A stretch of DNA of 64,000 bases from Utricularia gibba. Taxonomy: Eukaryota; Plantae; Magnoliophyta. The notes under the pieces were generated by a model. It saw only the letters and a program-made list of their open reading frames with translations, searched no databases and had not been told where the DNA came from. Positions 36,401 through 51,400 of the stretch are shown here, piece by piece (the first letter of the stretch is position 1; each line of letters starts with the position of its first letter). The stretch is taken from the NCBI GenBank assembly GCA_002189035.1, contig NEEC01000092.1, forward strand, positions 23,036 to 87,035, read 5' to 3'. The translations under genes and the position numbers were made by a program.

Positions 36401-39400
36401 ACCTTGGGTCCGAACGAAGTTCACAACGACATCACCGCCCAAAAACGACAAGCTTTTCCTTGAGAAAACCATTGAGGCGGCCTATTAAAACCAACCGTTA
36501 ATAAATGCATCAAGTTTTTTGCCGAGCTACAAATGACTATGGGCCCGAGCTCGACTCGACCTCCTGCTCGATACCGTTGCCCCACGAGAGTGCCTTATCA
36601 AATATAAAGAATGCGGTTGAGAAAACCATTTTGGGTGCTCATGACATCCTAACTTCAATAAATGCATTACGATTATCGTCGAGTAGGACCTGATGTGGCA
36701 AAGGAGTCTGACCGAACCTTGGGTCTGAACGAAGTTCCCAACGACATCACCGCCGAAAAACGACAAGCTTTTCCTTGAGAAACCATGTAGGCAGCCTATT
36801 AAAACCAACGTTAGTAAATGCATCACGTTTTTTGCGGAGCTACAAATGAGTATGGGACCGAGCCCGACTCGACCTTTGCCGATACCGTGCCCCACTAGAG
36901 CGCCTCCTCAAATACAAAGCATGCGATTGAGAAAACCATTTTGGGTGCTCATGAATCCTAACTTCAATAACTGCATCACGATTTTCGTCGAGTAGGACCA
37001 GATTTGGCAAAGGAGACAGACCGAACCTGGGTCAGAACGAAGTTCACAACGACATCACTCGCCCAAAAACGACAAGCTTTTCCTTGAGAAAACCATTGAG
37101 GCGGCCTATTAAACCAACCGTTAATAAATGCATCAAGTTTTTTGCCGAGCTACAAATGACTATGGGCCCGAGCTCGACTCGACCTCCTGCTCGATACCGT
37201 TGCCCCACGAGAGTGCCTTATCAAATATAAAGCATGCGGTTGAGAAAACCATTTTGGGTGCTCATGATATCCTAACTTCAATAACTGCATCACGATTTTC
37301 GTCGAGTAGGACCCGATGTGGCAAAGGAGTCAGACAGAACCTTGGGTCCGAACGAAGTTCACAACGACATCACTCGCCCAAAAACGACAAGCTTTTCCTT
37401 GAGAAACCATTGAGGCGGCCTATTAAAACCAACCGTTAATAAATGCATCAAGTTTTTTGCCGAGCTACAAATGACTATGGGCCCGAGCTCGACTCGACCT
37501 CCTGCTCGATACCGTTGCCCCACGAGAGTGCCTTATCAAATATAAAGCATGCGGTTGAGAAAACCATTTTGGGTGCTCATGATATCCTAACTTCAATAAC
37601 TGCATCACGATTTTCGTCGAGTAGGACCCGATGTGGCAAAGGAGTCAGACAGAACCTTGGGTCCGAACGAAGTTCACAACGACATCACCGCCAAAAACGA
37701 CAAGCTTTTCCTTGAGAAAACCATTGAGGCGGCCTATTAAAACCAACGTTAATAAATGCATCAAGTTTTTTGCCGAGCTACAAATGACTATGGCCCGAGC
37801 TCGACTCGACCTCCTGCTCGATACCGTTGCCCCACGAGAGTGCCTTATCAAATATAAAGCATGCGGTTGAGAAAACCATTTTGGGTGCTCATGAATCCTA
37901 ACTTCAATAACTGCATCACGATTTTCGTCGAGTAGGACCGATGTGGCAAAGGAGTCAGACAGAACCTTGGGTCCGAACGAAGTTCACAACGACATCACAA
38001 AAAACGACAAGCTTTTCCTTGAGAAACCATTGAGGCGGCCTATTAAAACCAACCGTTAATAAATGCATCAAGTTTTTTGCCGAGCTACAAATGACTATGG
38101 GCCCGAGCTCGACTCGACCTCCTGCTCGATACCGTTGCCCACGAGAGTGCCTTATCAAATATAAAGAATGCGATTGAGAAAACCATTTTGGGTGCTCATG
38201 ACATCCTAACTTCAATAAATGCATTACGATTTCGTCGAGTAGGACCTGATGTGGCAAAGGAGTCTGACCGAACCTTGGGTCTGAACGAAGTTCCCAACGA
38301 CATCACCCGCCGAAAAACGACAAGCTTTTCCTTGAGAAACCATGTAGGCAGCCTATTAAAACCAACGTTAGTAAATGCATCACGTTTTTTGCGGAGCTAC
38401 AAATGAGTATGGGACCGAGCCCGACTCGACCTTTTGCCCGATACCGTGCCCCAAGCGCCTCCTCAAATATAAAGCATGCGATTGAGAAAACCATTTTGGG
38501 TGCTCATGAAATCCTAACTTCAATAACTGCATCACGATTTTCGTCGAGTAGGACCAGATTTGGCAAAGGAGACAGACCGAACCATGGGTCAGAACGAAGT
38601 TCACAACGACATCACCGCCCAAAACGACAAGCTTTTCCTTGAGAAACCATTGAGGCGGCCTATTAAAACCAACGTTAATAAATGCATCACGTTTTTTGCG
38701 GAGCTACAAATGACTATGGGACCGAGCTCGACTCGACCTTTGCCCGATACCGTGCCCCACTAGAGCGCCTCCTCAAATATAAAGCATGCGATTGAGAAAA
38801 CCATTTTGGGTGCTCATGAATCCTAACTTCAATAACTGCATCACGATTTTCGTCGAGTAGGACCAGATTTGGCAAAGGAGTCAGACCGAACCTTGGGTCA
38901 GAACGAAGTTCCAACGACATCACCGCCCAAAAACGACAAGCTTTTCCTTGAGAAAACCATTGAGGCGGCCTATTAAAACCAACCGTTAATAAATGCATCA
39001 AGTTTTTTGCCGAGCTACAAATGACTATGGGCCCGAGCTCGACTCGACTCCTGCTCGATACCGTTGCCCCACGAGAGTGCCTTATCAAATATAAAGCATG
39101 CGGTTGAGAAAACCATTTTGGGTGCTCATGATATCCTAACTTCAATAACTGCATCACGATTTTCGTCGAGTAGGACCCGATGTGGCAAAGGAGTCAGACA
39201 GAACCTTGGGTCCGAACGAAGTTCACAACGACATCACGCCCAAAAACGACAAGCTTTTCCTTGAGAAAACCATTGAGGCGGCCTATTAAAACCAACCGTT
39301 AATAAATGCATCAAGTTTTTTGCCGAGCTACAAATGACTATGGGCCGAGCTCGACTCGACCTCCTGCTCGATACCGTTGCCCCACGAGAGTGCCTTATCA

Positions 39401-42400
39401 AATATAAAGCATGCGGTTGAGAAAACCATTTTGGGTGCTCATGATATCCTAACTTCAATAACTGCATCACGATTTTCGTCGAGTAGGACCCGATGTGGCA
39501 AAGGAGTCAGACAGAACCTTGGGTCCGAACGAAGTTCCCAACGACATCACCCGCCCAAAAACGACAAGCTTTTCCTTGAGAAACCATGTAGGCAGCCTAT
39601 TAAAACCAACGTTAATAAATGCATCAATTTTTTTGCCGAGCTACAAATGACTATGGGCCCGAGCTCGACTCGACCTCCTTCGATACCGTTGCCCCACGAG
39701 AGTGCCTTATCAAATATAAAGCATGCGGTTGAGAAAACCATTTTGGGTGCTCATGACATCCTAACTTCAATAAATGCATTACGATTATCGTCGAGTAGGA
39801 CCTGATGTGGCAAAGGAGTCTGACCGAACCTTGGGTCTGAACGAAGTTCCCAACGACATCACCCGCCGAAAAACGACAAGCTTTTCCTTGAGAAACCATG
39901 TAGGCAGCCTATTAAAACCCAACGTTAATAAATGCATCACGTTTTTTGCGGAGCTACAAATGAGTATGGGACCGAGCCCGACTCGACCTTTTGCCGATAC
40001 CGTGCCCCACTAGAGCGCCTCCTCAAATATAAAGCATGCGATTGAGAAAACCATTTTGGGTGCTCATGAAATCCTAACTTCAATAACTGCATCACGATTT
40101 TCGTCGAGTAGGACCAGATTTGGCAAAGGAGACAGACCGAACCATGGGTCAGAACGAAGTTCACAACGACATCACTCGCCCAAAAACGACAAGCTTTTCC
40201 TTGAGAAAACCATTGAGGCGGCCTATTAAAACCAACCGTTAATAAATGCATCAAGTTTTTTGCCGAGCTACAAATGACTATGGGCCCGAGCTCGACTCGA
40301 CCTCCTGCTCGATACCGTTGCCCCACGAGAGCGCCTTATCAAATATAAAGCATGCGGTTGAGAAAACCATTTTGGGTGCTCATGAATCCTAACTTCAATA
40401 ACTGCATCACGATTTCGTCGAGTAGGACCGATGTGGCAAAGGAGTCAGACCGAACCTTGGGTCTGAACGAAGTTCCCAACGACATCACCCGCCGAAAAAC
40501 GACAAGCTTTTCCTTGAGAAACCATGTAGGCAGCCTATTAAAACCAACGTTAAAATGCATCACGTTTTTTGCGGAGCTACAAATGACTATGGGCCGAGCC
40601 CGACTCGACCTTTTGCCGATACCGTGCCCCACTAGAGCGCCTCCTCAAATACAAAGCATGCGATTGAGAAAACCATTTTGGGTGCTCATGATCCTAACTT
40701 CAATAACTGCATCACGATTTTCGTCGAGTAGGACCAATTTGGCAAAGGAGTCAGACCGAACCTTGGGTCAGAACGAAGTTCACAACGACATCACTCGCCC
40801 AAAAACGACAAGCTTTTCCTTGAGAAAACCATTGAGGCGCCTATTAAAACCAACCGTTAATAAATGCATCAAGTTTTTTGCCGAGCTACAAATGACTATG
40901 GGCCCGAGCTCGACTCGACCTCCTGCTCGATACCGTTGCCCCACGAGAGTGCCTTATCAAATATAAAGCATGCGGTTGAGAAAACCATTTTGGGTGCTCA
41001 TGAATCCTAACTTCAATAACTGCATCACGATTTTCGTCGAGTAGGACCCGATGTGGCAAAGGAGTCAGACAGAACCTTGGGTCCGAACGAAGTTCAAACG
41101 ACATCACCGCCCAAAAACGACAAGCTTTTCCTTGAGAAACCATTGAGGCGGCCTATTAAAACCAACGTAATAAATGCATCAAGTTTTTTTGCCGAGCTAC
41201 AAATGACTATGGGCCGAGCTCGACTCGACCTCCTGCTCGATACCGTTGCCCCACGAGAGCGCCTTATCAAATATAAAGCATGCGGTTGAGAAAACCATTT
41301 TGGGTGCTCATGATATCCTAACTTCAATAACTGCATCACGATTTTCGTCGAGTAGGACCGATGTGGCAAAGGAGTCAGACGAACCTTGGTCCGAACGAAG
41401 TTCCCAACGACATCACCCGCCCAAAAACGACAAGCTTTTCCTTGAGAAACTATGTAGGCGCCTATTAAAACCAACGTTAATAAATGCATCAATTTTTTTG
41501 CCGAGCTACAAATGACTATGGGCCCGAGCTCGACTCGACCCCTGCTCGATACCGTTGCCCCACGAGAGTGCCTTATCAAATATAAAGCATGCGATTGAGA
41601 AAACCATTTTGGGTGCTCATGACATCCTAACTTCAATAAATGCATTACGATTATCGTCGAGTAGGACCTGATGTGGCAAAGGAGTCTGACCGAACCTTGG
41701 GTCTGAACGAAGTTCCCAACGACATCACCCGCCGAAAAACGACAAGCTTTTCCTTGAGAAACCATGTAGGCAGCCTATTAAAACCCAACGTTAGTAAATG
41801 CATCACGTTTTTTGCGGAGCTACAAATGAGTATGGGACCGAGCCCGACTCGACCTTTTGCCCGATACCGTGCCCCACTAGAGCGCCTCCTCAAATACAAA
41901 GCATGCGATTGAGAAAACCATTTTGGGTGCTCATGAAATCCTAACTTCAATAACTGCATCACGATTTTCGTCGAGTAGGACCAGATTTGGCAAAGGAGAC
42001 AGACCGAACCATGGGTCAGAACGAAGTTCACAACGACATCACTCGCCCAAAAACGACAAGCTTTTCCTTGAGAAAACCATTGAGGCGGCCTATTAAAACC
42101 AACCGTTAATAAATGCATCAAGTTTTTTGCCGAGCTACAAATGACTATGGGCCCGAGCTCGACTCGACCTCCTGCTCGATACCGTTGCCCCACGAGAGTG
42201 CCTTATCAAATATAAAGCATGCGGTTGAGAAAACCATTTTGGGTGCTCATGATATCCTAACTTCAATAACTGCATCACGATTTTCGTCGAGTAGGACCCG
42301 ATGTGGCAAAGGAGTCAGACAGAACCTTGGGTCGAACGAAGTTCACAACGACATCACTCGCCCAAAACGACAAGCTTTTCCTTGAGAAACCATTGAGGCC

Positions 42401-45400
42401 TATTAAACCAACGTTAATAAATGCATCAAGTTTTTTGCCGAGCTACAAATGACTATGGGCCGAGCTCGACTCGACCTCCTGCTCGATACCGTTGCCCCAC
42501 GAGAGTGCCTTATCAAATATAAAGCATGCGGTTGAGAAAACCATTTTGGGTGCTCATGATATCCTAACTTCAATAACTGCATCACGATTTTCGTCGAGTA
42601 GGACCCGATGTGGCAAAGGAGTCAGACAAACCTTGGGTCCGAACGAAGTTCCAACGACATCACCGCCCAAAAACGACATGCTTTTCCTTGAGAAACTATG
42701 TAGGCAGCCTAATAAACCGAACGTTAATAAATGCATCAATTTTTTTGCCGAGCTACAAATGACTATGGGCCCGAGCTCGACTCGACCTCCTGCTCGATAC
42801 CGTTGCCCCACGAGAGTGCCTTATCAAATATAAAGCATGCGGTTGAGAAAACCATTTTGGGTGCTCATGATATCCTAACTTCAATAACTTCATCACGATT
42901 TTCGTCGAGTAGGACCCGATGTGGCAAAGGAGTCAGACAGAACCTTGGGTCCGAACGAAGTTCCCAACGACATCACCGCCCAAAAACGACATGCTTTTCC
43001 TTGAGAAAACTATGTAGGCAGCCTAATTAAAGCCGAACGTTAAATGCATCAATTTTTTGCCGAGCTACAAATGACTATGGGCCCGAGCTCGACTCGACCT
43101 CCTGCTCGATACCGTTGCCCCACGAGAGTGCCTTATCAAATATAAAGCATGCGGTTGAGAAAACCATTTTGGGTGCTCATGATATCCTAACTTCAATAAC
43201 TGCATCACGATTTTCGTCGAGTAGGACCCGATGTGGCAAAGGAGTCAGACAGAACCTTGGGTCCGAACGAAGTTCACAACGACATCACCGCCCAAAAACG
43301 ACAAGCTTTTCCTTGAGAAACCATTGAGGCGCCTATTAAAACCAACGTTAATAAATGCATCAAGTTTTTTGCCGAGCTACAAATGACTATGGGCCCGAGC
43401 TCGACTCGACCTCCTGCTCGATACCGTTGCCCCACGAGAGTGCCTTATCAAATATAAAGAATGCGATTGAGAAAACCATTTTGGGTGCTCATGACATCCT
43501 AACTTCAATAAATGCATTACGATTATCGTCGAGTAGGACCTGATGTGGCAAAGGAGTCTGACCGAACCTTGGGTCTGAACGAAGTTCCCAACGACATCAC
43601 CCGCCGAAAAACGACAAGCTTTTCCTTGAGAAACCATGTAGGCAGCCTATTAAAACCCAACGTTATAAATGCATCACGTTTTTTGCGAGCTACAAATGAG
43701 TATGGGACCGAGCCCGACTCGACCTTTTGCCCGATACGCCCCCACTAGAGCGCCTCCTCAAATACAAAGCATCGATTGAGAAAACCATTTTGGTGCTCAT
43801 GAATCCTAACTTCAATAACTGCATCACGATTTTCGTCGAGTAGGACCAGATTGGCAAAGGAGTCAGACCGAACCATGGGTCAGAACGAAGTTCACAACGA
43901 CATCACTCGCCCAAAAACGACAAGCTTTTCCTTGAGAAAACCATTGAGGGGCCTATTAAAACCAACCGTTAATAAATGCATCAAGTTTTTTGCCGAGCTA
44001 CAAATGACTATGGGCCCGAGCTCGACTCGACCTCCTGCTCGATACCGTTGCCCCACGAGAGTGCCTTATCAAATATATAAAGCATGCGGTTGAGAAAACC
44101 ATTTTGGGTGCTCATGAATCCTAACTTCAATAACTGCATTACGATTTCGTCGAGTAGGACCGATGTGGCAAAGGAGTCAGACCGAACCTTGGGTCGAACG
44201 AAGTTCCAACGACATCACCCGCCCAAAAACGACAAGCTTTTCCTTGAGAAAACCATGTAGGCAGCCTATTAAAACCAACGTTAATAAATGCATCAATTTT
44301 TTTGCCGAGCTACAAATGACTATGGGCCCGAGCTCGACTCGACCTCCTGCTCGATACCGTTGCCCCACGAGAGTGCCTTATCAAATATAAAGCATGCGGT
44401 TGAGAAAACCATTTTGGGTGCTCATGATATCCTAACTTCAATAACTGCATCACGATTTTCGTCGAGTAGGACCCGATGTGGCAAAGGAGTCAGACAGAAC
44501 CTTGGGTCCGAACGAAGTTCCCAACGACATCACCCGCCCAAAAACGACAGCTTTTCCTTGAGAAACCATGTAGGCAGCCTAATAAACCAACGTTAATAAA
44601 TGCATCAATTTTTTGCCGAGCTACAAATGACTATGGGCCCGAGCTCGACTCGACCTCCTGCTCGATACCGTTGCCCCACGAGAGCGCCTATCAAATATAA
44701 AGCATGCGGTTGAAAACCATTTTGGGTGCTCATGATATCCTAACTTCAATAAATGCATCACGATTTCGTCGAGTAGGACCGATGTGGCAAAGGAGTCAGA
44801 CCGAACCTTGGGTCGAACGAAGTTCCCAACGACATCACCCGCCCAAAAACGACAAGCTTTTCCTTGAGAAACCATGTAGGCGGCCTATTAAAACCAACCG
44901 TTAATAAATGCATCAAGTTTTTTGCCGAGCTACAAATGACTATGGGCCCGAGCTCGACTCGACCTCCTGCTCGATACCGTTGCCCCACGAGAGTGCCTTA
45001 TCAAATATAAAGCATGCGGTTGAGAAAACCATTTTGGGTGCTCATGACATCCTAACTTCAATAAATGCATTACGATTATCGTCGAGTAGGACCTGATGTG
45101 GCAAAGGAGTCTGACCGAACCTTGGGTCTGAACGAAGTTCCCAACGACATCACCCGCCAAAAACGACAAGCTTTTCCTTGAGAAACCATGTAGGCAGCCT
45201 ATTAAAACCCAACGTTAGTAAATGCATCACGTTTTTTGCCGAGCTACAAATGAGTATGGGACCGAGCCCGACTCGACCTTTGCCCGATACCGTGCCCCAC
45301 TAGAGCGCCTCCTCAAATACAAAGCATGCGATTGAGAAAACCATTTTGGGTGCTCATGAAATCCTAACTTCAATAACTGCATCACGATTTTCGTCGAGTA

Positions 45401-48400
45401 GGACCAGATTTGGCAAAGGAGTCAGACCGAACCATGGGTCAGAACGAAGTTCACAACGACATCACTCGCCCAAAAACGACAAGCTTTTCCTTGAGAAAAC
45501 CATTGAGGCGGCCTATTAAAAACCAACCGTTAATAAATGCATCAAGTTTTTTGCCGAGCTACAAATGACTATGGGCCGAGCTCGACTCGACCTCCTGCTC
45601 GATACCGTTGCCCCACGAGAGCCTTATCAAATAAAAGCATGCGGTTGAGAAAACCATTTTGGGTGCTCATGATATCCTAACTTCAATAACTGCATCACGA
45701 TTTTCGTCGAGTAGGACCGATGTGGCAAAGGAGTCAGACAGAACCTTGGGTCCGAACGAAGTTCACAACGACATCACTCGCCCAAAAACGACAAGCTTTT
45801 CCTTGAGAAAACCATTAGGCGGCCTATTAAAACCAACCGTTAATAAATGCATCAAGTTTTTTGCCGAGCTACAAATGACTATGGGCCCGAGCTCGACTCG
45901 ACCTCCTGCTCGATACCGTTGCCCCACGAGAGTGCCTTATCAAATATAAAGCATGCGGTTGAGAAAACCATTTTGGGTGCTCATGATATCCTAACTTCAA
46001 TAACTTCATCACGATTTTCGTCGAGTAGGACCCGATGTGGCAAAGGAGTCAGACAGAACCTTGGGTCGAACGAAGTTCCCAACGACATCACCCGCCCAAA
46101 AACGACAAGCTTTTCCTTGAGAAACATGTAGGCAGCCTATTAAAACCAACGTTAATAAATGCATCAATTTTTTTGCCGAGCTACAAATGACTATGGGCCC
46201 GAGCTCGACTCGACCTCCTGCTCGATACCGTTGCCCCACGAGAGTGCCTTATCAAATATAAAGCATGCGTTGAGAAAACCATTTTGGGTGCTCATGAATC
46301 CTAACTTCAATAACTGCATCACGATTTTCGTCGAGTAGGACCCGATGTGGCAAAGGAGTCAGACGAACCTTGGGTCGAACGAAGTTCCAACGACATCACC
46401 CGCCCAAAAACGACAAGCTTTTCCTTGAGAAACCATGAGGCAGCCTATTAAAACCAACGTTAATAAATGCATCAATTTTTTTGCCGAGCTACAAATGACT
46501 ATGGGCCCGAGCTCGACTCGACCTCCTGCTCGATACCGTTGCCCCACGAGAGTGCCTTATCAAATATAAAGCATGCGGTTGAGAAAACCATTTTGGGTGC
46601 TCATGATATCCTAACTTCAATAACTGCATCACGATTTTCGTCGAGTAGGACCCGATGTGGCAAAGGAGTCAGACAGAACCTTGGGTCCGAACGAAGTTCA
46701 CAACGACATCACTCGCCCAAAAACGACAAGCTTTTCCTTGAGAAACCATTGAGGCGGCCTATTAAAACCAACCGTTAATAAATGCATCAAGTTTTTTGCC
46801 GAGCTACAAATGACTATGGGCCCGAGCTCGACTCGACCTCCTGCTCGATACCGTTGCCCCACGAGAGTGCCTTATCAAATAAAGCATGCGTTGAGAAAAC
46901 CATTTTGGGTGCTCATGACATTCCTAACTTCAATAAATGCATTACGATTTCGTCGAGTAGGACCGATGTGGCAAAGGAGTCTGACCGAACCTTGGGTCTG
47001 AACGAAGTTCCAACGACATCACCCGCCGAAAAACGACAAGCTTTTCCTTGAGAAACCATGTAGGCAGCCTATTAAAACCCAACGTTAGTAAATGCATCAC
47101 GTTTTTTGCGAGCTACAAATGAGTATGGGACCGAGCCGACTCGACCTTTTGCCCGATACCCCCCACTAGAGCGCCTCCTCAAATACAAAGCATGCGTTGA
47201 GAAAACCATTTTGGGTGCTCATGAAATCCTAACTTCAATAACTGCATCACGATTTTCGTCGAGTAGGACCGATTGGCAAAGGAGTCAGACGAACCTTGGG
47301 TCGAACGAAGTTCACAACGACATCACTCGCCCAAAAACGACAAGCTTTTCCTTGAGAAAACCATTGAGGCGGCCTATTAAAACCAACGTTAATAAATGCA
47401 TCAATTTTTGCCGAGCTACAAATGACTATGGGCCCGAGCTCGACTCGACCTCCTGCTCGATACCGTTGCCCCACGAGAGTGCCTTATCAAATATAAAGCA
47501 TGCGGTTGAGAAAACCATTTTGGGTGCTCATGATATCCTAACTTCAATAACTGCATCACGATTTTCGTCGAGTAGGACCCGATGTGGCAAAGGAGTCAGA
47601 CAGAACCTTGGGTCCGAACGAAGTTCACAACGACATCACTCGCCAAAAACGACAAGCTTTTCCTTGAGAAAACCATTGAGCGGCCTATTAAAACCAACGT
47701 TAATAAATGCATCAAGTTTTTTGCCGAGCTACAAATGACTATGGCCCGAGCTCGACTCGACCTCCTGCTCGATACCGTTGCCCCACGAGAGTGCCTTATC
47801 AAATATAAAGCATGCGGTTGAGAAAACCATTTTGGGTGCTCATGATATCCTAACTTCAATAACTGCATCACGATTTTCGTCGAGTAGGACCCGATGTGGC
47901 AAAGGAGTCAGACAACCTTGGGTCCGAACGAAGTTCCCAACGACATCACCCGCCCAAAAACGACAAGCTTTTCCTTGAGAAACTATTGAGGCAGCCTAAT
48001 AAACCAACGTTAATAAATGCATCAATTTTTTTGCCGAGCTACAAATGACTATGGGCCCGAGCTCGACTCGACCTCCTGCTCGATACCGTTGCCCCACGAG
48101 AGTGCCTTATCAAATATAAAGCATGCGGTTGAGAAAACCATTTTGGTGCTCATGATATCCTAACTTCAATAACTGCATCACGATTTTCGTCGAGTAGGAC
48201 CGATGTGGCAAAGGAGTCAGACAGAACCTTGGGTCCGAACGAAGTTCCAACGACATCACCCGCCCAAAAACGACAAGCTTTTCCTTGAGAAACCATGTAG
48301 GCAGCCTATTAAAGCCAACGTTAATAAATGCATCAATTTTTTGCCGAGCTACAAATGACTATGGGCCGACTCGACTCGACCTCCTGCTCGATACCGTTGC

Positions 48401-51400
48401 CCCACGAGAGCGCCTTATCAAATATAAAGCATGCGGTTGAGAAAACCATTTTGGGTGCTCATGATATCCTAACTTCAATAACTGCATCACGATTTTCGTC
48501 GAGTAGGACCCGATGTGGCAAAGGAGTCAGACAGAACCTTGGGTCCGAACGAAGTTCACAACGACATCACCGCCCAAAAACGACAAGCTTTTCCTTGAGA
48601 AACCCATTGAGGCGGCCTATTAAAACCAACGTTAATAAATGCATCAAGTTTTTTGCCGAGCTACAAATGACTATGGGCCGAGCTCGACTCGACCTCCTGC
48701 TCGATACCGTTGCCCCACGAGAGTGCCTTATCAAATATAAAGAATGCGATTGAGAAAAACCATTTTGGGTGCTCATGACATCCTAACTTCAATAAATGCA
48801 TTACGATATCGTCGAGTAGGACCTGATGTGGCAAAGGAGTCTGACCGAACCTTGGGTCTGAACGAAGTTCCCAACGACATCACCCCGCCGAAAAACGACA
48901 AGCTTTTCCTTGAGAAACCATGTAGGCAGCCTATTAAAACCCAACGTTAGTAAATGCATCACGTTTTTTGCGGAGCTACAAATGAGTATGGGACCGAGCC
49001 CGACTCGACCTTTTGCCCGATACCGTGCCCCACTAGAGCGCCTCCTCAAATACAAAGCATGCGATTGAGAAAACCATTTTGGGTGCTCATGAAATCCTAA
49101 CTTCAATAACTGCATCACGATTTTCGTCGAGTAGGACCAGATTTGGCAAAGGAGACAGACCGAACCATGGGTCAGAACGAAGTTCACAACGACATCACTC
49201 GCCCAAAAACGACAAGCTTTTCCTTGAGAAAACCATTGAGGCGGCCTATTAAAACCAACCGTTAATAAATGCATCAAGTTTTTTGCCGAGCTACAAATGA
49301 CTATGGGCCCGAGCTCGACTCGACCTCCTGCTCGATACCGTTGCCCCACTAGAGCGCCTCCTCAAATATAAAGCATGCGGTTGAAAAAACCATTTTGGGT
49401 GCTCATGACATCCTAACTTCAATAAATGCATTACGATTATCGTCGAGTAGGACCTGATGTGGCAAAGGAGTCTGACCGAACCTTGGGTCTGAACGAAGTT
49501 CCCAACGACATCACCCGCCGAAAAACGACAAGCTTTTCCTTTAGAAACCATGTAGGCAGCCTATTAAAACCCAACGTTTAAATGCATCACGTTTTTTGCG
49601 GAGCTACAAATGAGTATGGACCGAGCCCGACTCGACCTTTTGCCGATACCGTGCCCCACTAGAGCGCCTCCTCAAATACAAAGCATGCGATTGAGAAAAC
49701 CATTTTGGGTGCTCATGAAATCCTAACTTCAATAACTGCATCACGATTTTCGTCGAGTAGGACCAGATTTGGCAAAGGAGACAGACCGAACCATGGGTCA
49801 GAACGAAGTTCACAACGACATCACTCGCCCAAAAACGACAAGCTTTTCCTTGAGAAAACCATTGAGCGGCCTATTAAAACCAACCGTTAATAAATGCATC
49901 AAGTTTTTTGCCGAGCTACAAATGACTATGGGCCCGAGCTCGACTCGACCTCCTGCTCGATACCGTTGCCCCACGAGAGTGCCTTATCAAATATAAAGCA
50001 TGCGGTTGAGAAAACCATTTTGGGTGCTCATGATATCCTAACTTCAATAACTGCATCACGATTTTCGTCGAGTAGGACCCGATGTGGCAAAGGAGTCAGA
50101 CAGAACCTTGGGTCCGAACGAAGTTCACAACGACATCACTCGCCCCAAAAACGACAAGCTTTTCCTTGAGAAAACCATTGAGGCGGCCTATTAAAACCAA
50201 CCGTTAATAAATGCATCAAGTTTTTTGCCGAGCTACAAATGACTATGGGCCCGAGCTCGACTCGACCTCCTGCTCGATACCGTTGCCCCACGAGAGTGCC
50301 TTATCAAATATAAAGCATGCGGTTGAGAAAACCATTTTGGGTGCTCATGATATCCTAACTTCAATAACTGCATCACGATTTTCGTCGAGTAGGACCCGAT
50401 GTGGCAAAGGAGTCAGACAGAACCTTGGGTCCGAACGAAGTTCACAACGACATCACTCGCCCAAAAACGACAAGCTTTTCCTTGAGAAAACCATTGAGCG
50501 GCCTATTAAAACCAACCGTTAATAAATGCATCAAGTTTTTTGCCGAGCTACAAATGACTATGGGCCCGAGCTCGACTCGACCTCCTGCTCGATACCGTTG
50601 CCCCACGAGAGCGCCTTATCAAATATAAAGCATGCGGTTGAGAAAACCATTTTGGGTGCTCATGATATCCTAACTTCAATAACTGCATCACGATTTTCGT
50701 CGAGTAGGACCCGATGTGGCAAAGGAGTCAGACCGAACCTTGGGTCTGAACGAAGTTCACAACGACATCACCCGCCCAAAAACGACAAGCTTTTCCTTGA
50801 GAAACCATTGAGGCGGCCTATTAAAACCAACGTTAATAAATGCATCAAGTTTTTTGCCGAGCTACAAATGACTATGGGCCCGAGCTCGACTCGACCTCCT
50901 GCTCGATACCGTTGCCCCCGAGAGTGCCTCCTCAAATATAAAGCATGCGATTGAGAAAACCATTTTGGGTGCTCATGAATCCTAACTTCAATAACTGCAT
51001 CACGATTTTCGTCGAGTAGGACGATGTGGCAAAGGAGTCAGACAAACCTTGGGTCCGAACGAAGTTCCAACGACATCACCGCCCAAAAACGACAAGCTTT
51101 TCCTTGAGAAACCATTGAGGCAGCCTATTAAAACCAACGTTAATAAATGCATCAAGTTTTTTCCGAGCTACAAATGACTATGGGCCCGAGCTCGACTCGA
51201 CCTCCTGCTCGATACCGTTGCCCACGAGAGTGCCTTATCAAATATAAGCATGCGGTTGAGAAAACCATTTTGGGTGCTCATGATATCCTAACTTCAATAA
51301 CTGCATCACGATTTTCGTCGAGTAGGACCCGATGTGGCAAAGGAGTCAGACAGAACCTTGGGTCCGAACGAAGTTCCCAACGACATCACCCGCCAAAAAC

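Noticed and set aside
14826-48742. Possible ~15.9-kb super-period (14826 to 30723 and 32873 to 48742)
   Set aside because: The monomers following the matched anchors differ in order and the intervening subtypes do not correspond, so I treat it as coincidence.
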